Origin: Lama glama
Taxonomy: Eukaryota
Assembly (NCBI GenBank): GCA_028534125.1
Contig: CM052817.1
Coordinates: 80,540,001-80,604,000, forward strand
Length of the DNA: 64,000 nt
Direction of reading: 5' to 3'
The position numbers and the translations under genes were made by a program. Position 1 is the stretch's first letter; the number at the start of each line of letters is the position of its first letter. A model generated the notes under the pieces. The model was not told the DNA's origin and did not search any database. It saw nothing but the letters and a program-made list of their open reading frames with translations. Below, piece after piece: positions 23,941 to 35,951 of this stretch.

Positions 23941-26900
23941 CTGGCAGGAAGGAAGCTGTATTGATTTGGTTATAACTCCTTTTCTACAACAAAGAATTGT
24001 CTTCCAGTGATATTTGCTCCGGTCCCCGTATCTGCCACTCTCTACTTGGAAAGGAGCCAGTTGAGCACGGGAGGGCATTAGAACAGAGGAGAGAGAAGTA
24101 GGGGGCAGTAGTGGGGGCCTCGATATGAACTCTTTAAATTCCTTAGCCCAGGACCAAGTGGCCACCGCCCTTCAGTCGTCCTCCCGCTCCCTCCAATGCC
24201 CTTACACCCACAGAAACAAAGCTCCAGGAATACACAAAGGGGTGAGAGGGAAGAGGGGGCCTGGAAAGACTCTGTGGGAGTTACTTCCTTCTCTCCCCAG
24301 TGAAATTCCTTCCCCTTCTTCCTTAGCTCTCCTACAACACATTTCTTTTCATTCGCTGATTCACCTTAAAAAGACTAACCCTACACGAGGCTTTCCCTCT
24401 AGTCTGGAAACTTGAATTACAGCAATTTGACATTATAACATAATTCTACTGCAATAAAGCAATTTGGGACTGGCAGTGATGATGGAGATGTTGGTGGAAA
24501 TGGGGAGCAGAAAATTGATTACAATGTTTTTTTTTCTGTATTCGTCTGAGAAATACTAGGAGAAAGACATGTTGGTATGAAATCTTTTAAAAATATTTTA
24601 ATCAGAGGATTGGTGCTATGTAAAATCATCTCAGTGTGTATCTAAATTATACCAAAAGAACACGTTAAAAGTTTAAAAGAAGATGGGAGACAGTCTGGTT
24701 GTGTGGATTTGCATCACACAAAGAATGAGTTGGTGTAATTTTCCCCCTCTTTACTGAATTGACTATTTTTTTAACTTATGAGTGAATTGATTGTGTTTTA
24801 CAATGTGTAATAAGAAAAGAGTCTCAAATATATTTCAGTAGTCTTTAGCAATGATGAAAAAAAAAACTAACTTTTGGCAAATTGTCTAGAAAACCAGGTA
24901 CCTCGCTAACTCTGTCTGGGAGTCTCAGGAAACTGCAGAGCAAAGAAGGAGATGAACTTAAAAACTCTCCTTGCTAAATGACTTCTCACATCATGGTGTA
25001 TGGGGAGTGGGTAATTTGGATTCTGAAATGATGTAAAGACAGCTCTCTCATCATCGATGGCTGTCTCAAGGCAGGGCCAGGATTTCCCAGCAGTTATCTG
25101 ACTTTTACCCCTCTCTGTTCAAAAGAAGAGAGATGCCTGTAAAAGACACTAGCTTTAAAGCTGATTTAAGACGTGTGTCACTTCCTCTCAGTTCCTGTAT
25201 GTGCTGGAGTCTGGGGGACGTGGTTAACTGCATGTCTCCTCTGTCTGTAGTGTTAGGCCTTTGGCAGTTATGGAGTTAACGCTGGCAGTTTCACCTACTC
25301 AGGAGGCAAGGATGCTTCGTGTGTGGAACAGTGTAGAACCTTTGTCAGGCCCGAAGCTCTGAAGTTTCATCCTGTGTGTGGGAACAGGCGCCTTCTGCAG
25401 TGAATAACGTGCCCACGACTTCAGGGTGAGTCTGTGGTTCTTCACAAGTCCCGATGGATGTAGCCGGTAGCTCTTGTCAAGTGATCACATTTGATTCCCT
25501 GTGAAAAATGGACCTTCACACACAAAAAAGTCACCTGAGCATTTGATGGAAACAAGTGAGGGTCTATGAAAATGAAATGTCTTAGCCAGAACATAGTTTT
25601 AGACAATTTTTAATCCTATATTTTTCAACTTATTAACCCATTAAGAAGCTTAAAGAGTCACTTAGACTTTTCAAATGTACTTTCCTACATGTTGTGGAGG
25701 TGCTATCTGCTATAGTGATATTTGAGAATTTGTACGTTAAATGACTTCCTGGGGTCGTAGATTTGGTTTTTCATATTTGACATGCTTGTGATATCTTGGA
25801 ATATTTATATTTTTAGGCTATTGTGCTCTTAGAATGAATAACTATTTTATTACTTGTTTTAGCACTCTCCTAGGCCCATTGCATTTAAATGAACGGCTTT
25901 GGAATGAGTGCTATAAATTACATATTTTTACAGTATCACTAAACTACGTTGCAGCTACATAAGTAAATGAGTATGCCTTGGTTAGAAAGATTAAGACATG
26001 AAGAGCACTAAGATAATTATTCATATTGCAGAAGCATTCTGTGCTTCAGGAGAGGGTTGTGTGTCAGGTATGGGTGGTGTTTCTTTAGTTCTTTAATTGA
26101 GATTGTGCTGCCAAGTTAAGTACAGACCACTCCCAGGCAGCTCTTCTTTTTCACCCCTGTCTGCCTCTTTTATTTCTTTGGGACTCCTTTCTTCTAATGT
26201 GATGATCCTAGAGCCAGCATAACAACTGGGTGGGAAGGAGGAAGGAACTAAAATGCAACTGATGTCTTCTCTGTTTTATATACATTATCTCATTTAATTC
26301 TCACGACACCCTCTGAAGCAGAGTACTGACAACACCCAATTTTGTAAATGAGGTTCAGAAATATTAAGTAACTTGCTCTAAGTCACACAGCGGGAAGATA
26401 GAGGGAGTTACATCCAGATTTGTGCAGCTCTGAGCACAGAGCTCCTGGACTCCTCCGGCGGCCTCTAACCAGGAGGGATTTGACCTTTTGTGGTTGGGCA
26501 AAGGGTATTTTGTGGCCTTGCTCCTGTCCCCCTAAAGTCTGACCACATCATCTCATTTCTAGTGAGTCTCCCTGAGACCTTGAAAACTACGGTTGAATTA
26601 AGGAACATATCTCTTGCATAAAGCAAAGAACATCTGATTTCTTTTTTTCCTGTATGTATGACACCTAGAGTTCCAGTGTCTTGCTTATAGTAAATGCACT
26701 TCCAGAAGAGCTACGCTTTTAATGAATGTCACCTTATTCTTCATTTTCAAAATAATCCCAGACATGTTAGCCCAAAAGCTATTTATCTAGGCTATAATTT
26801 TAAATTTATCACTATGCCATCCTTGTGAAAACTTTCAGCTCAATTTTTTCCCCCTCAAATATGCCTAATACCACCATTACCTACTAACTGTGGATGGAAA

Positions 26901-28249
26901 TAGCAAGTCATTACGACGTCTGAATTAACATCCAAAACATACTGGTTTTCTTCCAGGATTCCTGTATCTATTATTGTTAAAACATATAACTTTTAAAACT
27001 CAAATGGTTTTCCCAAGCCAGTTCTCTAATCACAGACATAAATTTCACTCCATTAAGAAAAGGAAACCAGGCAGGATGACTAAAGTTAGGAATAAGATCT
27101 GATTTCAAGGGAGGGGAAAAAAAAAGATTAGGGTGGAATTCTTTCCATAGCTTGTGGAACACGGTTAACATAAAACCCTGCTTTCCTGTGCACATAACGC
27201 ATGTAGCCCTTTAAGGCGAGAGGCCGGATTTAGGTGCGGATGCTGCCTTGCCCTCACTCTGACACGGCAGGGCAGTGGGCAGAGACGGGGTGTCAGGGTG
27301 TTGCTTCCTTTTCCCTGGAATGGCTGCAGGGGTCGTGGGACTGGTGAGAGCTGCAAGACAGGCTCTCCTCCTTTCTGCGTCTTAGGGTGGTTGGAAGTTA
27401 TTCAGTTGCACTTTCTCCCATGAAATACCTGTTGCATATTTATAAGTCCTTTCAATAATGACGGTCCCTGCACACGTGTGATAACCAGGCAGGCCTGTGG
27501 GGAAGGAAAGGGGACGTGGTGGGAAAGTCTAGCTCCCTAGGCTATGGATGGTGGCTTCAGTGGTATGCTTTTGATAGCTGCTCCTGAAATGTCTCAGCCC
27601 CTCAAGTGCTTTTTAATGTTGATCAGGGTTTGTCTTCATAGGAATCTCTTTTCAACCCACGAGGCTTGCTTCCTTGCTGTTTTTTAAAGCTCAGTCATGT
27701 TCAACTATCTTTAAAAAATGCTCACTCTTACTCTCTGTATTCAGAATAGGAGACAAGACTATTTTCCACCCCTGCCTCACCGACAAACCCACCTGTTTCA
27801 TTTGAGACTGGTCCCTGAGCACGTTCTTGATTTCCTAGAAGAGCTCTATAGGTGTATGTGTATATGAAGTGTACAGAAAGGAGTATAAAAGTACACAAGT
27901 TTTTTTTAAGTGCACAGAGTAACAGAAAGTAATTTTTGATGTTTACCTTGTAGCTGATGAACGTTTATATATGTTGAATTTGAAATAGGTCAGCATAATT
28001 AGCACAGAGAGAAAAATCTTTAAAAACTTTCCCTAGGGAATCAAAAAGGAAGACAAGATAAGTTTATTTTTAAAATATGTATTTCTCTTGTTAGAAATGA
28101 GATCCTATTGGAAGTAAACCTTTTAGGAAGCAAAGTAGCAATAGCATTAAAATTTAAAAAAATCGTATCTTTTAACCCAGCAATCCCACATGTGGGGAAC
28201 TGTGTTGTGTAAGAAATGTCTCTAGGTATCACCAAGTGGCTCTCCATCA

Positions 28250-28480
28250 CATCACCCTCTTGGAATTCTCCGCAGATGACTTAGTGGCATTATCTCCTGT
28301 TTTTCTTGTTCAAGTTCACTCATTCATTCATTCATGCATTCATTTATGGTCTTCTCCCACCAGAATGTGACTCTATGAAAGCAAGGACTGCGTCTGTCTT
28401 CCTCACCACTGAAACGCTAGTATCTGGAATTGTCTCTGGAACAGAGTAGGTCCTCATTAAATATTTGTTGAATAAAAGAA
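28250..28480 (+). mobile_element. L2 LINE 3' end
   Basis: agaatgtgactctatgaaagcaaggactgcgtctgtctt...agagtaggtcctcattaaatatttgttgaataaa. Confidence 0.75.
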
Positions 28481-28568
28481 ATAAAGCACCCATAGATCAG
28501 GATGTATGTCCAAGGGTATTTACTGAAATATTATCGTGGTGGCAAAAAACTGGAATCAAGAGCATGCC

Positions 28569-28724
28569 GGGGGGTAGGGTGGGGAGTAAGGTATAGCTCA
28601 AGTGGTAGAGCGCATGCTTAGCACGCCCAAGGTCCTGGGTGCAGTCCTCAGTACCTCCTTCAAAAATAGGTAAATAAATAAACTGAATTACTTCCCTCTC
28701 ACAAAAAGAATGAATGAAAAAAAA
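28569..28724 (+). mobile_element. tRNA-Ala-derived SINE (Vic-1 type), long form
   Basis: ggtatagctcaagtggtagagcgcatgcttagc...ggtcctgggt...agtacctcc with a taaataaataaa tail; TSD agcatgcc on both sides. Confidence 0.85.
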
Positions 28725-28794
28725 GCATGCCCAGTAGTGACGGGCTGGCCCAGCCGGGCTGGTTGGCCCCCTGTGCCTGGCTCAGCCTTATGGG

Positions 28795-29040
28795 GTAGGG
28801 CTTAATAGCATGGCTCTAGCGTCAGGCTGCCGGGGCTTTAATCCTTGTAGTCATCTGAAATGTCTGATGAACGGCCTTGGGAGTGGTGCTAAGCTTCTGT
28901 GTCTCCGTTTTCTCATCCATAAAATGAGGACAACAGTGATACCAATCTCATAAGGTTTTTGTGAGAATTAAGTAAAACTGGCAGCATAGTATGGGGACAG
29001 TTTCTGGCATATCATAAGTACTCAATAAATATGAGTTATT
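28795..29040 (+). mobile_element. MIR SINE
   Basis: ctccgttttctcatccataaaatgagg...tgtgagaattaagt...gtactcaataaat. Confidence 0.8.
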
Positions 29041-30049
29041 CTTAAGAAATATTTAGAAGAATGAATTAAATGTCACTTAACAGAGGAATTCTCATAATGC
29101 ATTGTTGAGTGGGCAAAATATGATGCAGAGAAATGTGTTTGATGGATGGATGCTACTTTTACAAATTTAACAATGCTAATAAAAATCCTGTCTATGTATA
29201 TGTAATACATTTATAAGAGCATAAAATAATGGAAGATATATACTAGGTATATAAAGCCAGTGCAGGAAGAGCAGGACTAGGGGGTGAAAAAGAAAAGAAG
29301 GGAAAGTTGAAAGACAACAAAATATTTGTTATTAACACATTGCCGATATCATCATTAAATTACAAAATATGTGCGTTTATGTACTTGCACATGATGAGGT
29401 GCTTAAAAAGTGAATCTCTATTAAATATTAATGATAGTTGTCTTGGGGGATTGGGACTCTAGGTGATTTCTTCCTTAACTTTGATGTATTTTAATTTTTT
29501 ACAATAAGCATGTATTATTTATATAATGAGGAAAAGCAAGAGAATATGTTTACTATAAGGATAAAACTTCTCTGTTTCCATCACTCTATTAAAGGAAGAG
29601 AGGCGACATTTGGGTGGGTGTGTCTCTCTTTCAGAGGTTTCAGAGCCTGAGGAGCTGTCAGTACCCAGTTTGGATCAAGCGTGTGGCCGTGCGGTCTGAG
29701 TACAAGATGGATTTAGCTTTTGGCAAATCCCATGCCTGCTACCCCCATCCTCTCCTGTTTTGGAAAGGTGAACTCAATTCTGAGAGATTATGTGAACCGA
29801 AGGTGTTGTAAACACAGATAAATGGGCCACAAAATTCTTGAAAATGGGAGAGAAGGGAATCACAAACGCCCATTTCTACTAATAATTCAGCCCTGGGAGG
29901 CTCTGTGGACCCCGAATCTAGAAATTTTCTTAAAATGCTACTTCATTCATGCCAAAGCTTTGTTCAGAACCCTTGTTACCTTTGTATCCCTCTGAGATTA
30001 CGCTGAAATTCTTTAGGCTGGTCTCACCCACCCAGAGTCTCTCCTTCCC

Positions 30050-30360
30050 TTTCTCCCTCCTTTTAACTTTTCTGAATCTTACTCATCCGTTGAGCCTTCT
30101 TTGAAATGATTTTGAACTATCCTTGTCACCAGGAACTTCTCCGCCCCTGTTCTTCCACTGCACGTGTCCTGCACTGCCCCAGCCACTTAGCACTCCCTTG
30201 TGCTCCCGTAACCGGTCATCCAGCCTCACTTGCAAATTGTCCTCTTTCTCCAACTGGGAAGCTCCCTGAGGATGGAGCTTGTGCTTTTTCCTTGCATTTC
30301 CGCAGTTCCTACCATGTCAACTTGGGTATGGCTGGCATGCAGTAAATATTTGCTGATTGA
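30050..30360 (+). mobile_element. L2 LINE 3' end
   Basis: actgggaagctccctgaggatggagc...tggcatgcagtaaatatttgctgattga. Confidence 0.6.
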
Positions 30361-31774
30361 TAGGTATGTTATTTTCTGAAAACTAAAAGTATGCGGTCAT
30401 CCCATCATTAGTGTATGTGTTGGAGCCCTTGTGTAGAAAACAGTGTATTTGCATCTAAGCTTATCTATCTAGATAAGAATGCCTGCCTAAATGTAGGAAA
30501 AAAAAAACATTAAGAGCCTTTCAAATCCTCAGAAATGTGTATGCACTCAGTGGTATGAGTCTACATTTGCTGTAAACAGGATGAATGAAAAATGAAACTG
30601 AATGAGAGACGGTTCACTTTTGAGAACTGGAAACAGTGAAATATTACAAAGGATAATAGTGGCTCACACTTAAATGGCTTTTATTTTGAGCTAGTTTGTC
30701 TGAATACTTTATGTGTCTTTACTTACTGAGTGCTTAAAACAATTCTATGAGGTAGACATGTTACTTTTAGCCCCATTTGACAAGATGAAACACAGTTAAT
30801 CAAGCTTCTACTTGTAAGGAGTTTCTTCAAGCTGTTTAATTGAACTATGAATAATTTTATGATTTCTGACTTGTAAATTTACCTATGTGGCTACATCTGT
30901 ACAAACGACAGAATCCACACACTCAAGTACTCTGTAGATGATATGGCTGTGATTCTGCTTAAGGTGAGATTTAAAATAAAGTTAGTTTAAAGAAAAATTA
31001 CTGAACATACTCCAAGGAAAGTTTCTAAGGCAGACATTTTCTGAAGAAGCTATTTACTTTTAATCTGAGAATTCAGTCACTGTGGGACAGTCAGTATATG
31101 CTTCCTCAAAGAGATTCAATCTCCCCTATTAATAGTTACATCTGGTTTAAAACCCAAGACAGCTTTATTATTGGCTTCATTCAAATCATCTTGGCTGTGT
31201 ATGATTATGATTTTATACCCCCAGAGACCGAATATTTGCTGTCAGTGAAGGGTGCTCAGAAGAATTTTCTAATAGTCTCTAAAGGGAGTTTCAAGACAAG
31301 AGTTCCACAAATGTTGGCAACATCTTGTAACCCAAGTTCTGGGAATATCAAGCCACTATGCAAGGTTACACAGCTATTCAGGGACAGACAAGACAGGGTG
31401 CCAGAACTTTGGCCTCCAGTCAGCTGGTGTCCCGCTGAACTGCACCATCACTAGGGGGCTCTATGGGGGACGGTGGGCCGGCCCTGGAGCGGTGCTGGGA
31501 GAGGCAGCCCCCAGGAGTGGAGAGAAGCACGAGGCATTGACCTGAAGACTCTGCTGCTTTGGGAGCAGCAGATAGAGTGCCAAAATGGTGAAAACTGAAA
31601 GACTGGTTAATCTCTGTAGTCTGTTTAGCTGGTGTGTTGGGGGAAGAAGATTGTTGGATGTATGTTACGCCCCTCAGTAAGAAGAAGGAATTACAGTTCT
31701 CATGAGTCAGTCTCAACGGTTTAACAGCCCAGAAACTCTAAGCCAAGGCTTCATCTGATTTTGTGACCCCTAAA

Positions 31775-32000
31775 GGTAATAGCTAACATTTAAGTGTTAA
31801 CTGTATGTCAGTAATTGTTCTCAGGGCTTGTCTTTGACATCATTTGATACTCATAACAAGCCATTTGTATCACTCCTATGTTACAGAGGGGGAAGGCGAG
31901 TTACAGAGAGGTTATACAACTTGCTGTAATTTGCCCAAAATTACATCTCTGATAAGTAGCTGAACTGGGATTCAAATCCAGGCAGTTCAGCTTCAAAGCC
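31775..32000 (-). mobile_element. MIR SINE
   Basis: atagctaacattt...cagagaggttatacaacttgc...ctgggattcaaatccaggcagt. Confidence 0.75.
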
Positions 32001-32014
32001 TCATCAATTTAAAT

Positions 32015-33600
32015 AAATCGATTATGGAAAATTTCAGACGGGCACACAAATAGAGAGAATAGTGCAGTGAACTTCATTTACCATCTCTCAGCTGCAACAA
32101 CCATGAACTCATGGCCAATTTTGTTCTATCTGTGTCTACCTCCTTAGTGGTCTCCCATCCCCCTTCCTGGATTATTTTCAAAAACACGCAGACATCTGAT
32201 CATATTATTCACAAACATTTCAGTAAGTACTGCTGAAAATACAGTGGCTCTAAAAAAACACATTCTTTTTCATAAGATGCCCATAGTACCTATTGTCCCT
32301 ATTTTTGTGACATCAGCAGCTTTGAAAAGCATTGTCTGGATCTGTGATAACCTATCATTTCTTCATTTATTTGTTATAATACTTTCCCTATACCAACAAT
32401 TTGATTATCCTGATGTAAACTTCGCACAGGGAAGGCCAGATAGATGCTAGAGTCACAAACACCCCTCTCTCTCTGTTTTTCACTAGTTTCAATGAGTTGG
32501 TTTCCAACATCAGCCAAAGTTGATCACTTAATTTGTTTAAAGTATCATAATGAACTTAATGGATGTTTAAGTGTATTTGATACTTAGTTGATGCAATTTT
32601 CTAATCAATGCTCAAATGGTCCCATTTGGGTCAATGGGAGCCTCTTCAAGTTAGGCTTAGGAGTCCTTCAGTCACCTTCAGCAACTCCCTTATTTTCTGG
32701 TATACAAGATGTTCTAGGCTTATCTTGAATATTTCTCGCCCTCAGCCTGGAATTTGGCATTTGTCCGAGTAGCTGGCATTCCTTTATGGGAAACAGAATT
32801 TAGAGACCACAGCCTGGGTATAAGAGCTGCTTATTGCGACTAGATTGGTCACTGTTTTCCCTTCTTTCCTTCCGTTGTTCCTTCCTTCCTTCCTCTTTCC
32901 CCCTCCCACCTTTCCTCCTCTTTTTTCTTTTTAAAGAGAAGCTAAATGATGAATTCTTACTGATAATTAATGATCTGTTTTCTTTATAAGTTTGTATATG
33001 ACTAATTAATATTTCAGAATAACAATATAAACTATTATTATTAAAATATGATTATCAAAACCAGTTTGAATTTATTTTACAGTTCTTTTCATCTTTAGAG
33101 TATATCCCACTAGGAATGTACAGTCAAATTATTGTCTTTTAAGGTCACTTGAAATGAATTCTTCTCTAGACAGTCTAAAAACTTGCCTGGTGGTTAAATT
33201 TATTTGTTTCATTTTACTTTAAAGTTGTATAATTATGTTAAATTTCATTTAACTTTGTTTTAAAGTCATGTAAAATAAGATGTATTCAGAGAAGCCTGGC
33301 TTCCATTTTTGTGTGCTCCCTCCTCCATAAGTAGTTTTTTTAAAGAACTTCATTGTTTATCATAACAATTTTTTAATAGGAGCAAGTATGTACAGATACT
33401 GGTATCTTCCCCATCTCCACTTTGTTTGATAAATGTTATCTTGATATACACATTTTCCTCTACCTTGTTTTTTCACATTTTTATACCATTTGTCTCAACA
33501 GTCATTAGCAGCATATGCAGACATTTCTTACCCCATTGAGAACAGCAGAGTTTATTCAACCAGTCCCCAAGTGACAGACATTTGAGTTGTTTCCAGTCTC
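32015..33600 (-). mobile_element. old L1 (L1MC4/5-like) 3' region containing an internal CTTC-rich repeat (about 32860-32930)
   Basis: ttatggaaaattttcaga...tagagagaatagt...aactcatggccaatttt, gggagcctcttcaagtt and gatgttctaggcttatcttg are antisense L1MC 3' UTR motifs. Confidence 0.65.
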
Positions 33601-34507
33601 ACTTTTAAAGGTCTGTCCATATGTGGGTCAAAGTTGAAAGACATTTTAATGAGGGGGGGAATCCCATTCCAGCAAAGGGGCAAAATTAGATAAAATGTGT
33701 GCTACAATTTGGGTCACTCTCCTGGTCATCCTGTGTGTATAAGGTAAGAGAATCTCCCGTGTTAATAGTAGGAGAATCAGGACCACGTGGTCGTTTCTTA
33801 ACCGTCCATGTGGTTCCTAGTCCTGGAGATCCACATTGGTGTAGTTCCCCCCCTTAACTGTACATATATTTACATATTTACACATGTCAACGGTAATGTG
33901 CTGGGAGCAGCTGCTATCTGCCAGGAGTTCAGATGCTCATGTGACACAGACATTACTAATGTACTGCTTTTGGCCTCCTCTAGTTTTCTGTCTTGTTATC
34001 TTTTAAAGAACGAATCTACCCTTGTGTATACAAATATCACTTCTTTGCAAGTGACCATTTCAGCTTAGATACTTCTCCATGGACCTCCAACCTAAGGCAT
34101 CTGAAATTAAATGTATCATCTTGGATGTCTTGCATATGGTGTGAAAATGTCTGCTCTGCTATCTCTTCCTATTTTCAATGATGCAGTATTTTCCTGGATT
34201 TAAAGCCACTCGTTGTATATCTCTATTTATTTAACCTTTATAATACCTAATTTGACGAAGTCTCATAGGTTACATATTGATTTACCTGGGGTCACATGGA
34301 AATCTGGGCATGACACTGACGTCCAAAAGAGACTCCTTAGGAAGAGTCTGTCACAGCAGCTGTTTGTCCCTGGCCCTTTCCAATGGATTGATAGGTTAGA
34401 TGAAGATGCAAAAACATACTGGTCAAATGTGACTATTAGAAGAAACACGGAATGTGTGGAAGAAAGCACTTGGAAAAATGATTTTTTTAAAGCTTTTTAG
34501 CTGGGAT

Positions 34508-35146
34508 ATCCAGTCATCTGTTGATGGCCATTTAGGTTGCTTCCATGACTGGGCTATTTTAAATAGTGCTGCTATGAACATTGGGGTGCATGTATCTTTT
34601 CAAATTGGAGTTTTCTCTGGATCTATGCCCAGCAGTAGGATTGCTGGATCGTATGGTGAGTTTATTTTTAGAAGTTGAGGTATTTATAGACAGTGGAATA
34701 CTACTCAATCATAAAAAGAATGAATTAATGCCGTTTGCAGCAACATGGATGAACCTGGGTAATATCGTACTAAGTGAAATAAGTCAGACAGCGGAAGACA
34801 AATATCATATGATATCACTTATATGTGGAATCTAAAAAATGATACTAAGGAACTTACTTACAAAACAGAAACAGACTCACAGACATAGAAAACAAACTTA
34901 TGGCTACGGAAGGAGAAAGGGAGGGGAGGGACACATTAGGAGTTGAGATTAGCAGATACACACTACTATATATAAAACAGATAAACAACAGTGTCCTACT
35001 GTATAGCACAGGGAACTGTATTCAATATTTGGTAATAATCTATAATGAAAATGTGAAAAAAAATATGTATGTGACCGAATCACTATGCTGCACAGTGGAA
35101 ACTAACACAATATTGTAAATCAGCTGTATTTCAGTTAAAAAAAAAA
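34508..35146 (+). mobile_element. L1 3' end with 5' inversion (inverted segment 34508-34671, sense segment 34670-35146)
   Basis: the sense part encodes the ORF2 C-terminus (PFAATWMNL...LSEISQ...KYHMISLICGI), the 3' UTR and poly(A); the 5' part is the adjacent ORF2 sequence in antisense; TSD ctgggat at 34501-34507 and 35148-35154. Confidence 0.9.
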
Positions 35147-35400
35147 TCTGGGATGAGCTCCAGTTAAACAAAAGAAACTGATTAAATGCCCTGGGGGAGG
35201 GCTTAGGAGAGAGAGTGACCTGTGTCAGAGGGGTTAAAAGCATGTCCCAGCAGAAGCACTAATGTGTTGGGTGTGATTGCCTTTGACAATGAGAAATCGC
35301 GGTGACCCTGCAGCCTTGACAGGCTCTCCTGTAGAAGGCTGAGAACTGTCGATATTGGGAGGTGCTGGGAAGCAGAACCAGGTCCAGTAGATGACAGAGG

Positions 35401-35951
35401 TGTGTCATCCAGGGTTCTGTGGGGCAGTAGTGCCCTCTGAGTGTGGGCTGAGGTATTTATTATAGGAATTAAACCTTACACAATTGTGGGAGGATCAGGG
35501 GAAGGGTAGGTCCAGAAAGAAGAGTTGGACGATGGAGGAGTCATTCCCTTAAGAAATGAGGGAAGCACTGGCCTAGGTGAGCAAGTCAGAGCTTGCAGGG
35601 AGATCTGAGGAGACAAGCGATGCGGCTGCTGACATGGGACTGTGTGGGGGAGCTGGTGGAGTGTCTTTGGGAAGCTGTGCCTCTGGCCTGCCACCAAGGA
35701 AGTGGTGGTGCAACGCTGTGGGTCAGCGGGGCTCACGATCGAGAAGAAGAGCCGAACGTGGAGTAGAGGGACGTGAGGACAGCTGGGACGGCGAGGCTCC
35801 TCGGCCTCCTTCTGTCTGTCACCGCACCCGACTGTGGACTTCCCTTGTGCCTCTCACATCGCGTCCGAGGTGCTCTTTTGGCGACTCCGCCCCAGAGCGC
35901 TAGAGGGAAGGGAAGTCCGGCCGCATACTTACCAGTCTAACCACCTTGACT
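35401..35951 (-). mobile_element. ERVL solo LTR (LTR41-like)
   Basis: tgtgtcatccagggttc...atttattataggaattaaaccttacacaattgtggg resembles an antisense LTR41-family terminus. Confidence 0.55.

Noticed and set aside
34581..34835. ORF with a recognisable protein motif (PFAATWMNL...)
   Set aside because: It is the C-terminal remnant of L1 ORF2 in a truncated insertion, as is 56075-56287; neither is a host CDS.
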